Shown: positions 49,576 to 59,923, numbered from the stretch's first letter. The stretch is DNA of 64,000 nucleotides from an uncultured Alphaproteobacteria bacterium (GCA_934270475.1 CAKQPS010000003.1:128318-192317); one strand, 5' to 3'. Notes: generated from the letters alone by a model not told the origin. Numbers and translations are program-made.

Positions 49576-51507
49576 ATGGTTAAAATTAAATTGCCTGATG
49601 GCAGTATATTAGATGAAAAAGACGGCGTTTCCGGCTTGGAAATCGCCAATAAAATCAGTACAAGTTTGGGAAAAGCCGCTTTGGCTGTTTCCGTTAATGA
49701 CAAATTACAGGACTTAACCGCTCCGATAACCACCGATTCTACAGTCACTATTATCACCGCCAAAGACAAAGACGGTTTACAAATTTTGCGTCACTCTTGT
49801 TCTCACGTTATGGCTCAAGCTGTTAAAGAATTGTGGCCTGATGCTCAAGTAACAATCGGTCCGGCTATTGAAAACGGTTTTTATTATGATTTTTCGTGCA
49901 AAGAAAACTTTACAACGGAAGATTTTGCTAAAATAGAAGCTAAAATGCACGAAATTGTTAAACGTGATGAAAAAATTGAACGTATTGTAATGTCGCGTCA
50001 GGAAGCAATCGAGTTTTTCAAAAAGCTAGGTGAACATTATAAAGTGCAAATTATTGAAGATTTGCCTGAAGATGAAACAATTACTTTATATCGTCAAGGC
50101 AATTATACCGATTTGTGCCGCGGTCCACACGTTCCGTCAACCGGTAAAATCGGCGACGCATTCAAAATTACTAAAGTTGCCGGTGCTTATTGGCGCGGTG
50201 ATGCCAAAAATGAAATGCTGCAACGTTTGTATGCAACCGCATGGCCGACTAAAAAGGAATTGGACGCTTATTTAACTATGCTTGAAGAAGCCGCTAAGCG
50301 CGACCATCGTAAAATCGGTAAGGAAATGGATTTGTTCCATTTTGAACCGGAATATGCTCCGGGCGCTGTTTTTTGGCATGACAAAGGATATAGAGTATAT
50401 CGCAAGCTGATTGAATATATGCGCAACCGCCAAGAGCATAACGGTTATGAAGAGATTTCTACACCGCGTATTATGGATAAATGCTTGTGGGTTACCTCCG
50501 GTCACTGGGATAAATATGGTGCGCATAACTATTCCGGCAAAACCGAAGACGGCAAAGAATTTTGCGTTAAACCAATGAACTGCCCTGGCGGATTGCTGGT
50601 TTATAAACAAGGCGTTAAGTCTTATCGTGATTTGCCGCTGCGTATGGCTGAATTTGGTAAGGTAAACCGTTATGAGGCTTCGGGCTCTTTGATGGGCTTG
50701 ATGCGTGTGCGTGAATTTACGCAAGATGATGCGCACATTTTCTGCACTCCGGAACAAATGGAAGATGAGTGCATTCGTACGATGAAACTGATTTTTGATA
50801 TTTATAAAGACTTTGGCTTTGATAACATCAAAATTTATTTGTCGACTCGTCCGGACAGCATTTATCGTATCGGTTCTGATGAAATTTGGGATTTGTGCGA
50901 AAATTCTTTGGCACACGCTTTGGAAAAACACGGCTATAAATATGAAATCAACGCAGGCGAGGGTGCTTTCTACGGACCTAAATTGGAATTTATTTTGCGT
51001 GACGCTATTGGTCGTGAGTGGCAATGTGGTACAATTCAGGTTGATATGAACTTGCCTCAGCGCTTTGATATTTCGTATATCGGCGAAGACGGTGAAAAAC
51101 ATCAGCCGGTTATGCTGCACCGCGCTTTGTTTGGCTCTATTGAACGTTTCTTGGGTATTTTGATTGAACATCACGCCGGTAAACTGCCTTTGTGGCTGTC
51201 ACCTGAACAAGTTGTGGTTGCTCCGATTGTCAGCGAATTTGACGACTATGCAAAAGAGGTTGCCGCTGCTTTGACTAAGGCTGGTTTGACAGCTGAAACA
51301 GATTTGCGTAACGAAAAAATCAACTACAAAGTTCGTGAACATTCTTTGGCAAAAATTCCGGTGATTGCTGTCGTCGGCGCTAAAGAAAAAGAAAACCGCA
51401 CGGTGACAGTCCGCCGCTTGGGTTCTGAAAAACAAGAAGTTATGGCTTTGGACGACTTTGTAGCTATGCTGCAAAAAGAAGCTGAAATGCCTCACAGATT
51501 TGAATAG
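49576..51507 (+). CDS. thrS: threonine--tRNA ligase
   Basis: 643 aa; TGS domain, editing-domain motifs (HSCSHVMAQA), class II core (FCTPEQ, RVREFTQDDAHIF), anticodon-binding domain. Confidence 0.95.
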   Translation: MVKIKLPDGSILDEKDGVSGLEIANKISTSLGKAALAVSVNDKLQDLTAPITTDSTVTIITAKDKDGLQILRHSCSHVMAQAVKELWPDAQVTIGPAIENGFYYDFSCKENFTTEDFAKIEAKMHEIVKRDEKIERIVMSRQEAIEFFKKLGEHYKVQIIEDLPEDETITLYRQGNYTDLCRGPHVPSTGKIGDAFKITKVAGAYWRGDAKNEMLQRLYATAWPTKKELDAYLTMLEEAAKRDHRKIGKEMDLFHFEPEYAPGAVFWHDKGYRVYRKLIEYMRNRQEHNGYEEISTPRIMDKCLWVTSGHWDKYGAHNYSGKTEDGKEFCVKPMNCPGGLLVYKQGVKSYRDLPLRMAEFGKVNRYEASGSLMGLMRVREFTQDDAHIFCTPEQMEDECIRTMKLIFDIYKDFGFDNIKIYLSTRPDSIYRIGSDEIWDLCENSLAHALEKHGYKYEINAGEGAFYGPKLEFILRDAIGREWQCGTIQVDMNLPQRFDISYIGEDGEKHQPVMLHRALFGSIERFLGILIEHHAGKLPLWLSPEQVVVAPIVSEFDDYAKEVAAALTKAGLTAETDLRNEKINYKVREHSLAKIPVIAVVGAKEKENRTVTVRRLGSEKQEVMALDDFVAMLQKEAEMPHRFE

Positions 51508-51526
51508 TCAAAGATTCAGATGCTAT

Positions 51527-51567
51527 AAAAAATATCTCCGGTTTTGTTAATCGGAGATATTTTTTTG
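51527..51567 (+). terminator. thrS rho-independent terminator
   Basis: aaaaatatctccg-gttttgttaat-cggagatattttttt. Confidence 0.65.
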
Positions 51568-51995
51568 AAATTACTTGTAATTCAGGCGGATATCTTTTTG
51601 CGACTGTCCGCAATTGCGCCTTGAGTTGAATGATTTGCAGAGAAAATGAGAACACTTTTTGGCAAATTTTAAATCTGCCTGTGTATCGTTTACATCATAG
51701 CTCATTTCTCCTTCGACCTGTTCTACATAATGATTAACTACAACAGGCAAGCCTGCGCAATCAACTCCAATCACATAACCAATGGTTTTAACATTAACTT
51801 TCATAATAATAAAAATTAAAATTATAACTAAATTATTTAACACTAAGCTATATAATACAAAATATTTGCTACTTTTCAATAGAATTTTATGTAAAATGCT
51901 TAATGATTGAAAATATCTTGACAAAAATAGGTAAAAATGCTTTTCTATTAAACAGAGTTAAGTATAATTTTGTTTAATTTTTAAATTTTATTGTT

Positions 51996-52718
51996 ATGTA
52001 TGGAGGATTTGTAACTTTACTTATGCTTGCCGGAATAGTTGTTATTATTGCTCTGGTTCCGTCAATGTCTAAGCCGTTATTGCTAAAAAATATTGGAAAA
52101 TCGGAATTAAGAAAGAAAAGCCGATACATTGATATTTATTTTCTGATTGTTTTCCTATATTTTTTCATTCCAATCTTATCACTTGAGTGGAAAGAAAATT
52201 GGGAGATAGTCGCGGGGGCTGCTGTTTTTTGTGTGGATTTGGCGACTTTTTGGCAGTGTAAACATCATTGTTTTTGTTATGTGCTTTTGTTTGAGCAGTC
52301 AAGAAGATGGAAAAAGCACAATAGAAAACGGTTGAAAAAATTGTCAGAGCCGAATATCACCGATGACGATTGGTTGGATTGGCGCTTCCATAAAGGCTTA
52401 TATAATGATAAGTATCCTAATCAAGAAGAATTGGATTATCACGATATGTGTTTAATCTGTATGGTGATATGTGCTGCAATGTGTGTACTTTTCACGCTTG
52501 GTGTTTGCGGTGCTCTTATTGGATTTGGCACTATTTTTGCCGGAGTCTATAAATTTTGGTGTTCTGCACCGGAGATTCTTTGGTACAATCTGCATCATAT
52601 TGAGGAATTGCCGCTGAATATCTGGTTTTATATTGCCATTGCCGGCTGTGCGGTTTTACTGTTTTTAGTGCTTACAAGCATTTGTAATTATGTTAAAAAG
52701 GCTGTGAAAAAGTCTTGA
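51996..52718 (+). CDS. integral membrane hypothetical protein
   Basis: 240 aa, 5-6 hydrophobic helices, Cys/Trp-rich loops; no family recognised. Confidence 0.4.
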   Translation: MYGGFVTLLMLAGIVVIIALVPSMSKPLLLKNIGKSELRKKSRYIDIYFLIVFLYFFIPILSLEWKENWEIVAGAAVFCVDLATFWQCKHHCFCYVLLFEQSRRWKKHNRKRLKKLSEPNITDDDWLDWRFHKGLYNDKYPNQEELDYHDMCLICMVICAAMCVLFTLGVCGALIGFGTIFAGVYKFWCSAPEILWYNLHHIEELPLNIWFYIAIAGCAVLLFLVLTSICNYVKKAVKKS

Positions 52719-52728
52719 ATATTCAAAA

Positions 52729-52766
52729 AAGAGACCCACGCGTTTTACGCGTGGGTCTCTTTTTTT
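52729..52766. terminator. bidirectional terminator between the convergent membrane-protein and PFOR genes
   Basis: aaaagagacccacgcg-tttt-acgcgtgggtctcttttttt. Confidence 0.65.
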
Positions 52767-52783
52767 TGCGCTAAGCTCGCATA

Positions 52784-55700
52784 CTATTTATATTGGCTCA
52801 TATATTCCAATAAAGTATGTTTGTCGTTAACGTTTTTCTGAGCTTTTTCCAGCAATTCTTCATAACGCGCCGGGTTCATCTTGTTGACAACCTGGAAACG
52901 TGTTTCGCTGGACATAAACTCAGCCAAAGGTTTAGACGGAGCCTTAGAATCCAATGTCAACGGAGCTTTGCCTGCTGTTTCGTTTACTGGATTGAAACGG
53001 AACAAAGGCCAGCTACCGGTTTCTACGGCATTCTTTTGGTGAGACAAACCGTCTGCCATATTCAAACCTTGGTTGATGCATGGGCAGTAAGCAATAATCA
53101 AAGACGGACCGTCATAGGCTTCAGCTTCGTTCATAGCTTTAATAACCTGCATATCATTGGCACCCATAGCAACCTGAGCCACATAAACATTGCCGTAAGA
53201 CATAGCAATCATTGCCAAATCTTTCTTAGGCAATTCTTTGCCTGCTGTAGCAAATTTAGCGGAAGCGCCCATTGGGGTGGCTTTGGATTGCTGACCGCCG
53301 GTGTTAGAATATACGCCGGTATCCACAACCAAAATATTTACATTGCGACCGGAAGCGATAACGTGGTCAACACCGCCGAAACCAATATCATAAGCCCAAC
53401 CGTCACCACCGATAATCCATACTGATTTTTTAATCAGATAGTCGGCAATATCGCTCAAGTGTTTAGCTTCTTCGCTGTTCATTGTTGCCAATTTAGCGCG
53501 CAAAGCAGCCACATTGTCGCGTTGAGCGTCAATTTCCATATCATTAGACTGAGGATTGCTCAAAATCTTTTCAGCAACTTCGCCCAATTCTGCTTTCATA
53601 GCTTCCAGCAAGGTTTTGGCAGTAACTTCTTCGTGGTCGATAGAAATACGCATACCCAAACCAAATTCGGCGTTGTCTTCAAACAAAGAGTTAGCCCAAG
53701 CCGGACCATGACCTTTTTCATCTTTGCAATAAGGTGTAGTCGGCAAGTTACCGGAATAAATTGAAGAGCAACCTGTTGCGTTAGCCACAACCATGCGGTC
53801 ACCAAATAGTTGAGTCAGCAATTTGATGTATGGAGTTTCACCGCAGCCGGCGCAAGCACCGGAGAATTCAAACAAAGGTTGAATCATTTGCGTTGTCTTC
53901 GGCAAGTTTTTAGCCACTTCGGTTCTCTTTACATAAGGCAATGTTTCAAAGAACTTCCAGTTAGCTTTTTCAGCTTCCAAATGGTTTTCAATATGATCCA
54001 TATTGATTGCGTGCAATTCTGGATTTTCTTTGTTTTTAGCCGGACAAGCAGTTACGCATACGCCGCAGCCTGTGCAGTCTTCCGGAGAAATTTGCAGCAT
54101 AAATTTCTTGCCGGCAAATTCCTTGCCTTTATAGTCGGCAGTTTTCAAAGTAGCCGGAGCATTCTTCAATTCTTCTTCCGAAGCTACTTTCATACGAATA
54201 ACGCCGTGCGGGCAAACGATTGAGCATTTACCGCATTGAATACAAGTGCTAGCGTCCCAAACTGGAACTTCGGTGGCAATGCAGCGTTTTTCATATTGAG
54301 TTGTAGCTGTCGGCCAAGTACCGTCAACAACTTCCTGCAAATCAGAAGTTTTAATGCTGTCGCCGTTGTCGGCAATCAAAGTAGCGGTCAAGCCTTGAAC
54401 AAACTTAGGAGCGTCTGCCGGAACCGGAGCTTGACGATGGAATGTAGATGTAACATGGTCCGGATAAGAAACCTCAAACAAGTGTTCCAAAGAAGCGTCA
54501 ACAGCGGCATAGTTCTTTTGTACAATAGCGTCGCCTTTTTTGCTGTAAGTCTTTTTAATAGCGGCTTTAATCTGTGCAATAGCTTCGTCTTTCGGCAAAA
54601 TGTTGGAAATTGCAAAGAAGCAAGTCTGCATAACTGTGTTAATGCGCTGTCCCATACCGGTAGCACGGGCAACTTCCACGGCGTTAATGGTGTAGAATTT
54701 CAGGTGCTTAGCCAAAATTTCTTCTTGAACTTCAATCGGCAGATGATTCCAAACTTCATCAGCTTTGTAAGGTGCGTTCAGCAAAAATGTCGCACCATCT
54801 TTAGCAATGCGCAGAATATCCACTTTGTTCATAAATTGGAATTGGTGGCAAGCTACAAAATCTGCCGAAGTAATCAAATAAGCCGAACGAATCGGATTAT
54901 CAGAAAAACGCAGGTGAGATGTGGTCATAGAGCCTGATTTGCGTGAATCGTAAACAAAGTAGCCTTGACCGTATTTGCCAGCGTCTTCAGCAATAATTTT
55001 AATAGAGTTTTTGTTGGCGCCGACTGTACCGTCTGCACCCAAGCCAAAGAATACGGCACGTACAACATCGTCCGGTTCAACATCAAATTTAGCGTCATAA
55101 GCCAAAGATTTGTGAGTCAAATCATCGTTAATGCCAACGGTAAAGCCGTTAATCGGAGCAGCAGAAATGGCGTTGTCAAACACAGCTTTAGCCATAGCCG
55201 GTGTAAATTCTTTAGAAGACAAGCCGTAGCGTCCGCCGTAAATTTTCGGCAGGCTTGCCAATTTGCCGTTTGAAAAGGCTTGAGACAAAGCGGTAACAAC
55301 GTCCAAATACAAAGGTTCGCCCAAAGAGCCGGATTCTTTTGTTCTGTCCAAAACAGAAACGGTTTTAACGGTTTTCGGCAAAGCTTTCAAGAAAGATTCG
55401 GTAGGGAACGGACGATACAAATGAACTTTCAAAACGCCCAATTTAGCGCCGTGAGCGTTCAAATATTCAATAGCTTCTTCAACTGTTTCAGCACCTGACC
55501 CCATAACAACGATAACGTTCTCAGCATCTTTGGCGCCTACATAGTCAACAACGTGATATTGACGACCGCTGATTTTGGCGAATTTATCCATTTCTTCTTG
55601 AACAATGCCTTCAACTTTATCATAATAAATGTTAGCGGCTTCACGACCTTGGAAGAACACGTCAGGATTTTGCGCAGTACCGCGGATAACCGGATTTTCC

Positions 55701-56332
55701 GGACGCAGAGCGTGCTCGGCGTTAAATTTGTAATTAACGTCTTTCAGCATTGCGCGCAAATCATCGTCAGACAGCAGCTTAATCTTTTTAATTTCGTGAG
55801 AAGTTCTGAAACCGTCAAAGAAATGTAAAAACGGAACGCGTGAACGCAAAGTAGAAGTTTGCGCAATGGCAGCCATATCATGAGCTTCTTGCACGGAGTT
55901 TGAGCAAAGCATTGCAAAACCGGTTTGGCGGCAGCCCATAACATCGGAGTGGTCGCCGTAAATTGACAAAGCGTGATAGGCAAGCGAGCGAGCGGCAACA
56001 TGCATAACAAACGGCATCAATTCGCCGGCAATTTTATACATGTTCGGAATCATCAACAAAAGACCTTGAGAAGCCGTAAATGTGGTGGTTAAAGCACCGG
56101 CTTGCAAAGAACCGTGGCAAGCACCGGCAGCACCAGCTTCAGACTGCATTTCCTGCACCTGAGGAATTACACCCCACAGATTCTTCTGTTTTGCGGCAGA
56201 CCACGCATCAGCCCATTCGCCCATCGGAGAAGACGGAGTAATCGGGTAAATAACGCAGACTTCGTTCATGCGGTGTGCAACAGAAGAACACGCTTCGTTG
56301 GCATCCATCATTTTCATTTTTACATCTGACAT
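52784..56332 (-). CDS. nifJ: pyruvate:ferredoxin (flavodoxin) oxidoreductase, homodimeric NifJ/YdbK type
   Basis: 1182 aa; two 4Fe-4S ferredoxin motifs (CIQCGKCSIVCP, CTGCGVCVTACP); TPP-binding domain (GGDGWAYDIGFGG) near the C-terminus; domain order I-II-III-ferredoxin-VI as in PFOR. Confidence 0.9.
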   Translation of the reverse strand: MSDVKMKMMDANEACSSVAHRMNEVCVIYPITPSSPMGEWADAWSAAKQKNLWGVIPQVQEMQSEAGAAGACHGSLQAGALTTTFTASQGLLLMIPNMYKIAGELMPFVMHVAARSLAYHALSIYGDHSDVMGCRQTGFAMLCSNSVQEAHDMAAIAQTSTLRSRVPFLHFFDGFRTSHEIKKIKLLSDDDLRAMLKDVNYKFNAEHALRPENPVIRGTAQNPDVFFQGREAANIYYDKVEGIVQEEMDKFAKISGRQYHVVDYVGAKDAENVIVVMGSGAETVEEAIEYLNAHGAKLGVLKVHLYRPFPTESFLKALPKTVKTVSVLDRTKESGSLGEPLYLDVVTALSQAFSNGKLASLPKIYGGRYGLSSKEFTPAMAKAVFDNAISAAPINGFTVGINDDLTHKSLAYDAKFDVEPDDVVRAVFFGLGADGTVGANKNSIKIIAEDAGKYGQGYFVYDSRKSGSMTTSHLRFSDNPIRSAYLITSADFVACHQFQFMNKVDILRIAKDGATFLLNAPYKADEVWNHLPIEVQEEILAKHLKFYTINAVEVARATGMGQRINTVMQTCFFAISNILPKDEAIAQIKAAIKKTYSKKGDAIVQKNYAAVDASLEHLFEVSYPDHVTSTFHRQAPVPADAPKFVQGLTATLIADNGDSIKTSDLQEVVDGTWPTATTQYEKRCIATEVPVWDASTCIQCGKCSIVCPHGVIRMKVASEEELKNAPATLKTADYKGKEFAGKKFMLQISPEDCTGCGVCVTACPAKNKENPELHAINMDHIENHLEAEKANWKFFETLPYVKRTEVAKNLPKTTQMIQPLFEFSGACAGCGETPYIKLLTQLFGDRMVVANATGCSSIYSGNLPTTPYCKDEKGHGPAWANSLFEDNAEFGLGMRISIDHEEVTAKTLLEAMKAELGEVAEKILSNPQSNDMEIDAQRDNVAALRAKLATMNSEEAKHLSDIADYLIKKSVWIIGGDGWAYDIGFGGVDHVIASGRNVNILVVDTGVYSNTGGQQSKATPMGASAKFATAGKELPKKDLAMIAMSYGNVYVAQVAMGANDMQVIKAMNEAEAYDGPSLIIAYCPCINQGLNMADGLSHQKNAVETGSWPLFRFNPVNETAGKAPLTLDSKAPSKPLAEFMSSETRFQVVNKMNPARYEELLEKAQKNVNDKHTLLEYMSQYK

Positions 56333-56553
56333 AGATAGTATCCTTAAAAGTTTAAATTAAAATTACAAAACATCAAAGGCTTAAAGCCCAAGGTTTTGTA
56401 TGGGTTACAAAACAATAATGTTTATGGCGAATTTATAGCATATCGCCCATAAAAATCAAGTTTTTAAAAGCAGTTTTACCACCGGATTGTTAAGATACCG
56501 ATGTGGAATTTACGGAATAAAAAGACAAAAAATAATTTTTTTTAAAAAAGTTG

Positions 56554-56567
56554 TTGACTTTTGTCAA
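56554..56567. promoter_or_regulatory. FNR/FixK (Crp-Fnr family) box candidate TTGACTTTTGTCAA
   Basis: Perfect TTGAC-N4-GTCAA dyad (fits TTGA-N6-TCAA) in the divergent intergenic region between PFOR and the M16-like gene. Confidence 0.35.
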
Positions 56568-56634
56568 AAATAGCCATATATATAAAGTTATCAGTTAATT
56601 ATTTAAGTATTATTCACTCTAAAATTATTTCAGT

Positions 56635-57891
56635 ATGAAGAAGATTTTAGCTAACGGTTTAACCGTGTTGTGTTCAATCTCTAACAATCAGGAAGTGTCT
56701 CTGACCTTCAAGTGTGGACATGTTAACGAGCCTAAGCTCGGCCTTGCCGCTGTTTACGAGAATATCGTGGCTCAGAATTCAAGCAACTTGGGCTCTGTTT
56801 GCGGCGGTTCGCTCACGTCTTTTGTTACCGGTGTAAAGAGTTCTATCACCGTGGCTATCAAGAGCTTGTTTGACAACTGTTACAACACAGCTGTTACACC
56901 AAAGGCTCTCAAGAACGCAATCGCTGACATTGTCAAGCATACTCAGGATTTGGCTCCGCTTCCAAAGCGTCAGGCAAAGCTCGCTTACAAGCACACGGCT
57001 TTCGGCAAGAATGAGGTGTTCTGGAGACCTGAAGATTACATCTCTCGTCTTTCAGAGTTGACCGTCGCAGACGTCAAGGACTACATCGTCAGCAATTTCG
57101 TCGGCAGCAACCTGGTTATCAGCTACCGCGGTCACAAGGAGGACTTTGAGACTGTTGTGGAGATTGCAGAAAGATACTTCGGCTCATTCGACAAGGGTAA
57201 GCGCGCAGACATCAATCTGGAGTATACCGGTGGTTTTTCTGTTATAGAGGGTAACGGCGCTCTGCAGCTCGCGCTTTTTGGCTGGGACATCTCAAAGGGA
57301 TGTAACACCGCCGAGGTAAACGTGTTGCTCAGCTTGCTTTCGGGTCGCATGGAGCGCTCGCTTGGTGAAGCCGGTCTCGCCGCAGAATCTGAAGTTAAGA
57401 TTGCAGGCTACTTTGGTCTTCGCACCTTGCGCATCGGCGTTTCTTGCGCCAGCAAAAGCGACTTCAGCAAGTGCATAACGATTGTTTGTGATAACGTTAA
57501 GCGCTTGCAGCTTGGTCTTGCATCTGACCGTCGTATGGAAACATCTCGTCAGCGCGCCATGACTGAGCGTCTCGCAATCTCTAATGAGGCTCTTCCTCGT
57601 TCGGTTGAGGCAGCTTGGGCTTTGCTCGGTCGCAACATTGACTATGACAATGATCGTGCGATTGCCAATATCTGGGAAGTTTCAGCCAGCGATGTTCGCT
57701 ACGCCGCTCAGGATATTTTCTCAAAGAAGATGACTTGTGTGCTTTACACCAACAAGCCGTATCCGACGGAAGATGTCATTCTCAAGGCAATGTCTCCTGA
57801 GCCAAAGGTTGCATCCGCGCCTGAAAAGCCGGTCTTTTCAAGTTCCGAGCGCGCCGCAATGGATCGAGTAGACGCTCTGAACGCAGACTAA
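56635..57891 (+). CDS. peptidase M16 family protein, probably non-catalytic (lacks HxxEH); atypical codon usage
   Basis: MKKILANGLTVLCS...GLAAVYENIV aligns to the M16 N-terminal domain but lacks the zinc-binding HxxEH; strong preference for AAG/GAG/CTC/C-ending codons unlike neighbours. Confidence 0.45.
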   Translation: MKKILANGLTVLCSISNNQEVSLTFKCGHVNEPKLGLAAVYENIVAQNSSNLGSVCGGSLTSFVTGVKSSITVAIKSLFDNCYNTAVTPKALKNAIADIVKHTQDLAPLPKRQAKLAYKHTAFGKNEVFWRPEDYISRLSELTVADVKDYIVSNFVGSNLVISYRGHKEDFETVVEIAERYFGSFDKGKRADINLEYTGGFSVIEGNGALQLALFGWDISKGCNTAEVNVLLSLLSGRMERSLGEAGLAAESEVKIAGYFGLRTLRIGVSCASKSDFSKCITIVCDNVKRLQLGLASDRRMETSRQRAMTERLAISNEALPRSVEAAWALLGRNIDYDNDRAIANIWEVSASDVRYAAQDIFSKKMTCVLYTNKPYPTEDVILKAMSPEPKVASAPEKPVFSSSERAAMDRVDALNAD

Positions 57892-58004
57892 ATAACCTAA
57901 TCTTCTAAAATCAAAGAGGTACGTTTTTATAACGTACCTCTTTCTTTTATGCTTGCATTTTGCGGCGTCATAAACTATATGACTCCTAAAAGGAGACAGC
58001 CGCT

Positions 58005-58853
58005 ATGTGGGATATGCTTGCAGAAACTCTGCTTGATAATATTAAAATTTTTCCGTTTTTATTTGTTACTTATTTGTTTTTAGAATATTTGGAGCGCAAG
58101 ACTTCAGATAAAACCACTGCTGCCATTCAAAAAGCAAACAAAGCCGGACCGCTTATCGGCGGAGCGCTTGGAGTTTTGCCGCAATGCGGATTCTCTGTTG
58201 TTGCTGCCAATTTATTTGCCGCCCGCGTAATCACTTTGGGCACGTTAATTGCCATTTTTCTTTCTACTTCTGATGAATTGCTGCCGATTCTAATTTCCTA
58301 TGACGCTCCGTTTTCGGTGATTGCCGTCATTATCGGTTATAAGGCTGCCTGCGGAGTTGTTTTTGGCTATTTGATTGATTTTACGTTTAAAAAGCATCAT
58401 TCTTTGCCAGAACCTGATGTTGAAACTCTGTGTCAAAACGAGCATTGCCATTGTGAAGAAGATGAGCCGCTTTGGAAACCTGCACTTTACCATTCAGTAC
58501 GCATTACTCTGTTTATTTTGGCAGTCAGTCTGATTTTGAATATCTGTCTGCACTATTACGGCAGTTCGGACAAATTGCCGCAGCTGTTGCAATATCCATT
58601 GTTAGGCGAGATGCTCAGCGCTGTAATCGGGCTTATTCCAAATTGCTCTGCCTCAGTGATTTTAACCCAAATGTATATTCTGAATTATATTGATTTCAGT
58701 ACCATGATGAGCGGCAGCTTGGTCAGCGGCGGAGTAGGGCTGTTGGTACTGTTCAGGGTAAACCGCCCCTTAAAGCAAAACCTTAAAATTGTCGCTTTGC
58801 TTTATATCTGCGGCTTGCTCGGCGGCTTATGCAGCAATTTGCTGGAATTTTAA
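58005..58853 (+). CDS. polytopic membrane permease (ArsP/DUF318-like putative transporter)
   Basis: About 8 TM helices; two Cys-containing motifs in helices (LPQCGFSVV, IPNCSASVI), reminiscent of ArsP-type permeases; tentative. Confidence 0.35.
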   Translation: MWDMLAETLLDNIKIFPFLFVTYLFLEYLERKTSDKTTAAIQKANKAGPLIGGALGVLPQCGFSVVAANLFAARVITLGTLIAIFLSTSDELLPILISYDAPFSVIAVIIGYKAACGVVFGYLIDFTFKKHHSLPEPDVETLCQNEHCHCEEDEPLWKPALYHSVRITLFILAVSLILNICLHYYGSSDKLPQLLQYPLLGEMLSAVIGLIPNCSASVILTQMYILNYIDFSTMMSGSLVSGGVGLLVLFRVNRPLKQNLKIVALLYICGLLGGLCSNLLEF

Positions 58854-59074
58854 TTCACATATTGTCATTGCGAGGAGAATCTAACAGGAGGCATTAAGCT
58901 AACGTTTTTTGCACCAGTTATTCTATGCCCCGTGCATAGAATCTTGTGGCAACAAGTAACTAACCTAGTCAATAAATTTTCATTATATCACGCCTGATTT
59001 TTATGGGCATATCAAGCAAGATTTGGTTAGTTACAAAACAAATGCTTAAAATTTTAGCTTAAACATCTTTAAGG

Positions 59075-59827
59075 TTAAAACTTTACAGCAATAGAACAAA
59101 GTTTTTGTTCGGCACAAAAGTTGCAGGAATCTCTTATGTCGCTTAAAGATACATTTCTGAGACATTTTTGAGACTTCGTTGTATCGCAAGTGGTGTTACC
59201 ATAATAAGTAGCAAAATGTATTTTTTTGGCTATTGTAACATATATTATCTTAATACTGTTACTTAACGGCTTTAATGTATTGTTGAATAAATCGTTACAT
59301 AATTTGTCTGTAGTTGAGTATTTTTCTGAGTTTTGAAAGACATAATCAATAGAAAGCTCTGTTTTGTTAGCAAAAATCTGTACAATGTTTCCCATATCAT
59401 CTCTTAGATTGAAGTTATTTTCTTTTTTCCAGGTTGCAGGAATAAGTCCAGCTGCTTCGGCAATCATTGTCATGCCTGTATTTGTTTGTTTAGCTAAATT
59501 TTTTGTTTCAATAACATAATCAAGCATGCCTAGAACTAAGTAATTATAATGTTCTAACGTTCTGTTAACCTTAAATTTTTCCATAGCTTTGGAATAACCG
59601 GCAATCCCGCCAGCCGTCAGCACCCCGATAATAGCCAGCACCCCAAGCATTTCTATCATACTCCGCCCTAGCGGGTTTGTCTGTCGGGTCACTACTTGCG
59701 CTTTTCTCACTCGTGTACTGCTTTGTACACCACGTTCAAAAAGTGCTTCGTATTGACGCGTGACATTCAAACCCTTTAATAATATGGATATTATACCAGG
59801 GATGACTTTGAGAGTAATGTGTTTCAA
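59075..59827 (-). CDS. prepilin-type N-terminal cleavage/methylation-domain protein (type IV pilin or pseudopilin-like); start ambiguous (TTG 59827, GTG 59692, ATG 59659)
   Basis: ...NPLG|RSMIEMLGVLAIIGVLTAGGIAGYS: Gly then Glu at +5 and a hydrophobic helix typical of class III signal peptides; strong GGAG RBS before ATG 59659. Confidence 0.45.
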   Translation of the reverse strand: MKHITLKVIPGIISILLKGLNVTRQYEALFERGVQSSTRVRKAQVVTRQTNPLGRSMIEMLGVLAIIGVLTAGGIAGYSKAMEKFKVNRTLEHYNYLVLGMLDYVIETKNLAKQTNTGMTMIAEAAGLIPATWKKENNFNLRDDMGNIVQIFANKTELSIDYVFQNSEKYSTTDKLCNDLFNNTLKPLSNSIKIIYVTIAKKIHFATYYGNTTCDTTKSQKCLRNVSLSDIRDSCNFCAEQKLCSIAVKF

Positions 59828-59908
59828 AACGCATGGTGATTTAATAAACCCTGCAAAAACGCGCTGGACGGCAGAAAAAGCGCCTTTAATCAGATGTATA
59901 GGATTTGC

Positions 59909-59923
59909 AGAGAGAGAGAGAGA
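59909..59923. repeat. (AG)7 dinucleotide tract about 82 bp upstream of the pilin-like gene
   Basis: cagagagagagagagac at 59908-59924. Confidence 0.5.

Noticed and set aside
50272-51174. 300-aa minus-strand ORF
   Set aside because: Antisense to thrS; composition and lack of start context indicate a spurious ORF.
52817-56329. Many 60-230-aa plus-strand ORFs across 52.8-56.3 kb
   Set aside because: All lie antisense within the 1182-aa PFOR gene; they are shadows of its frame.
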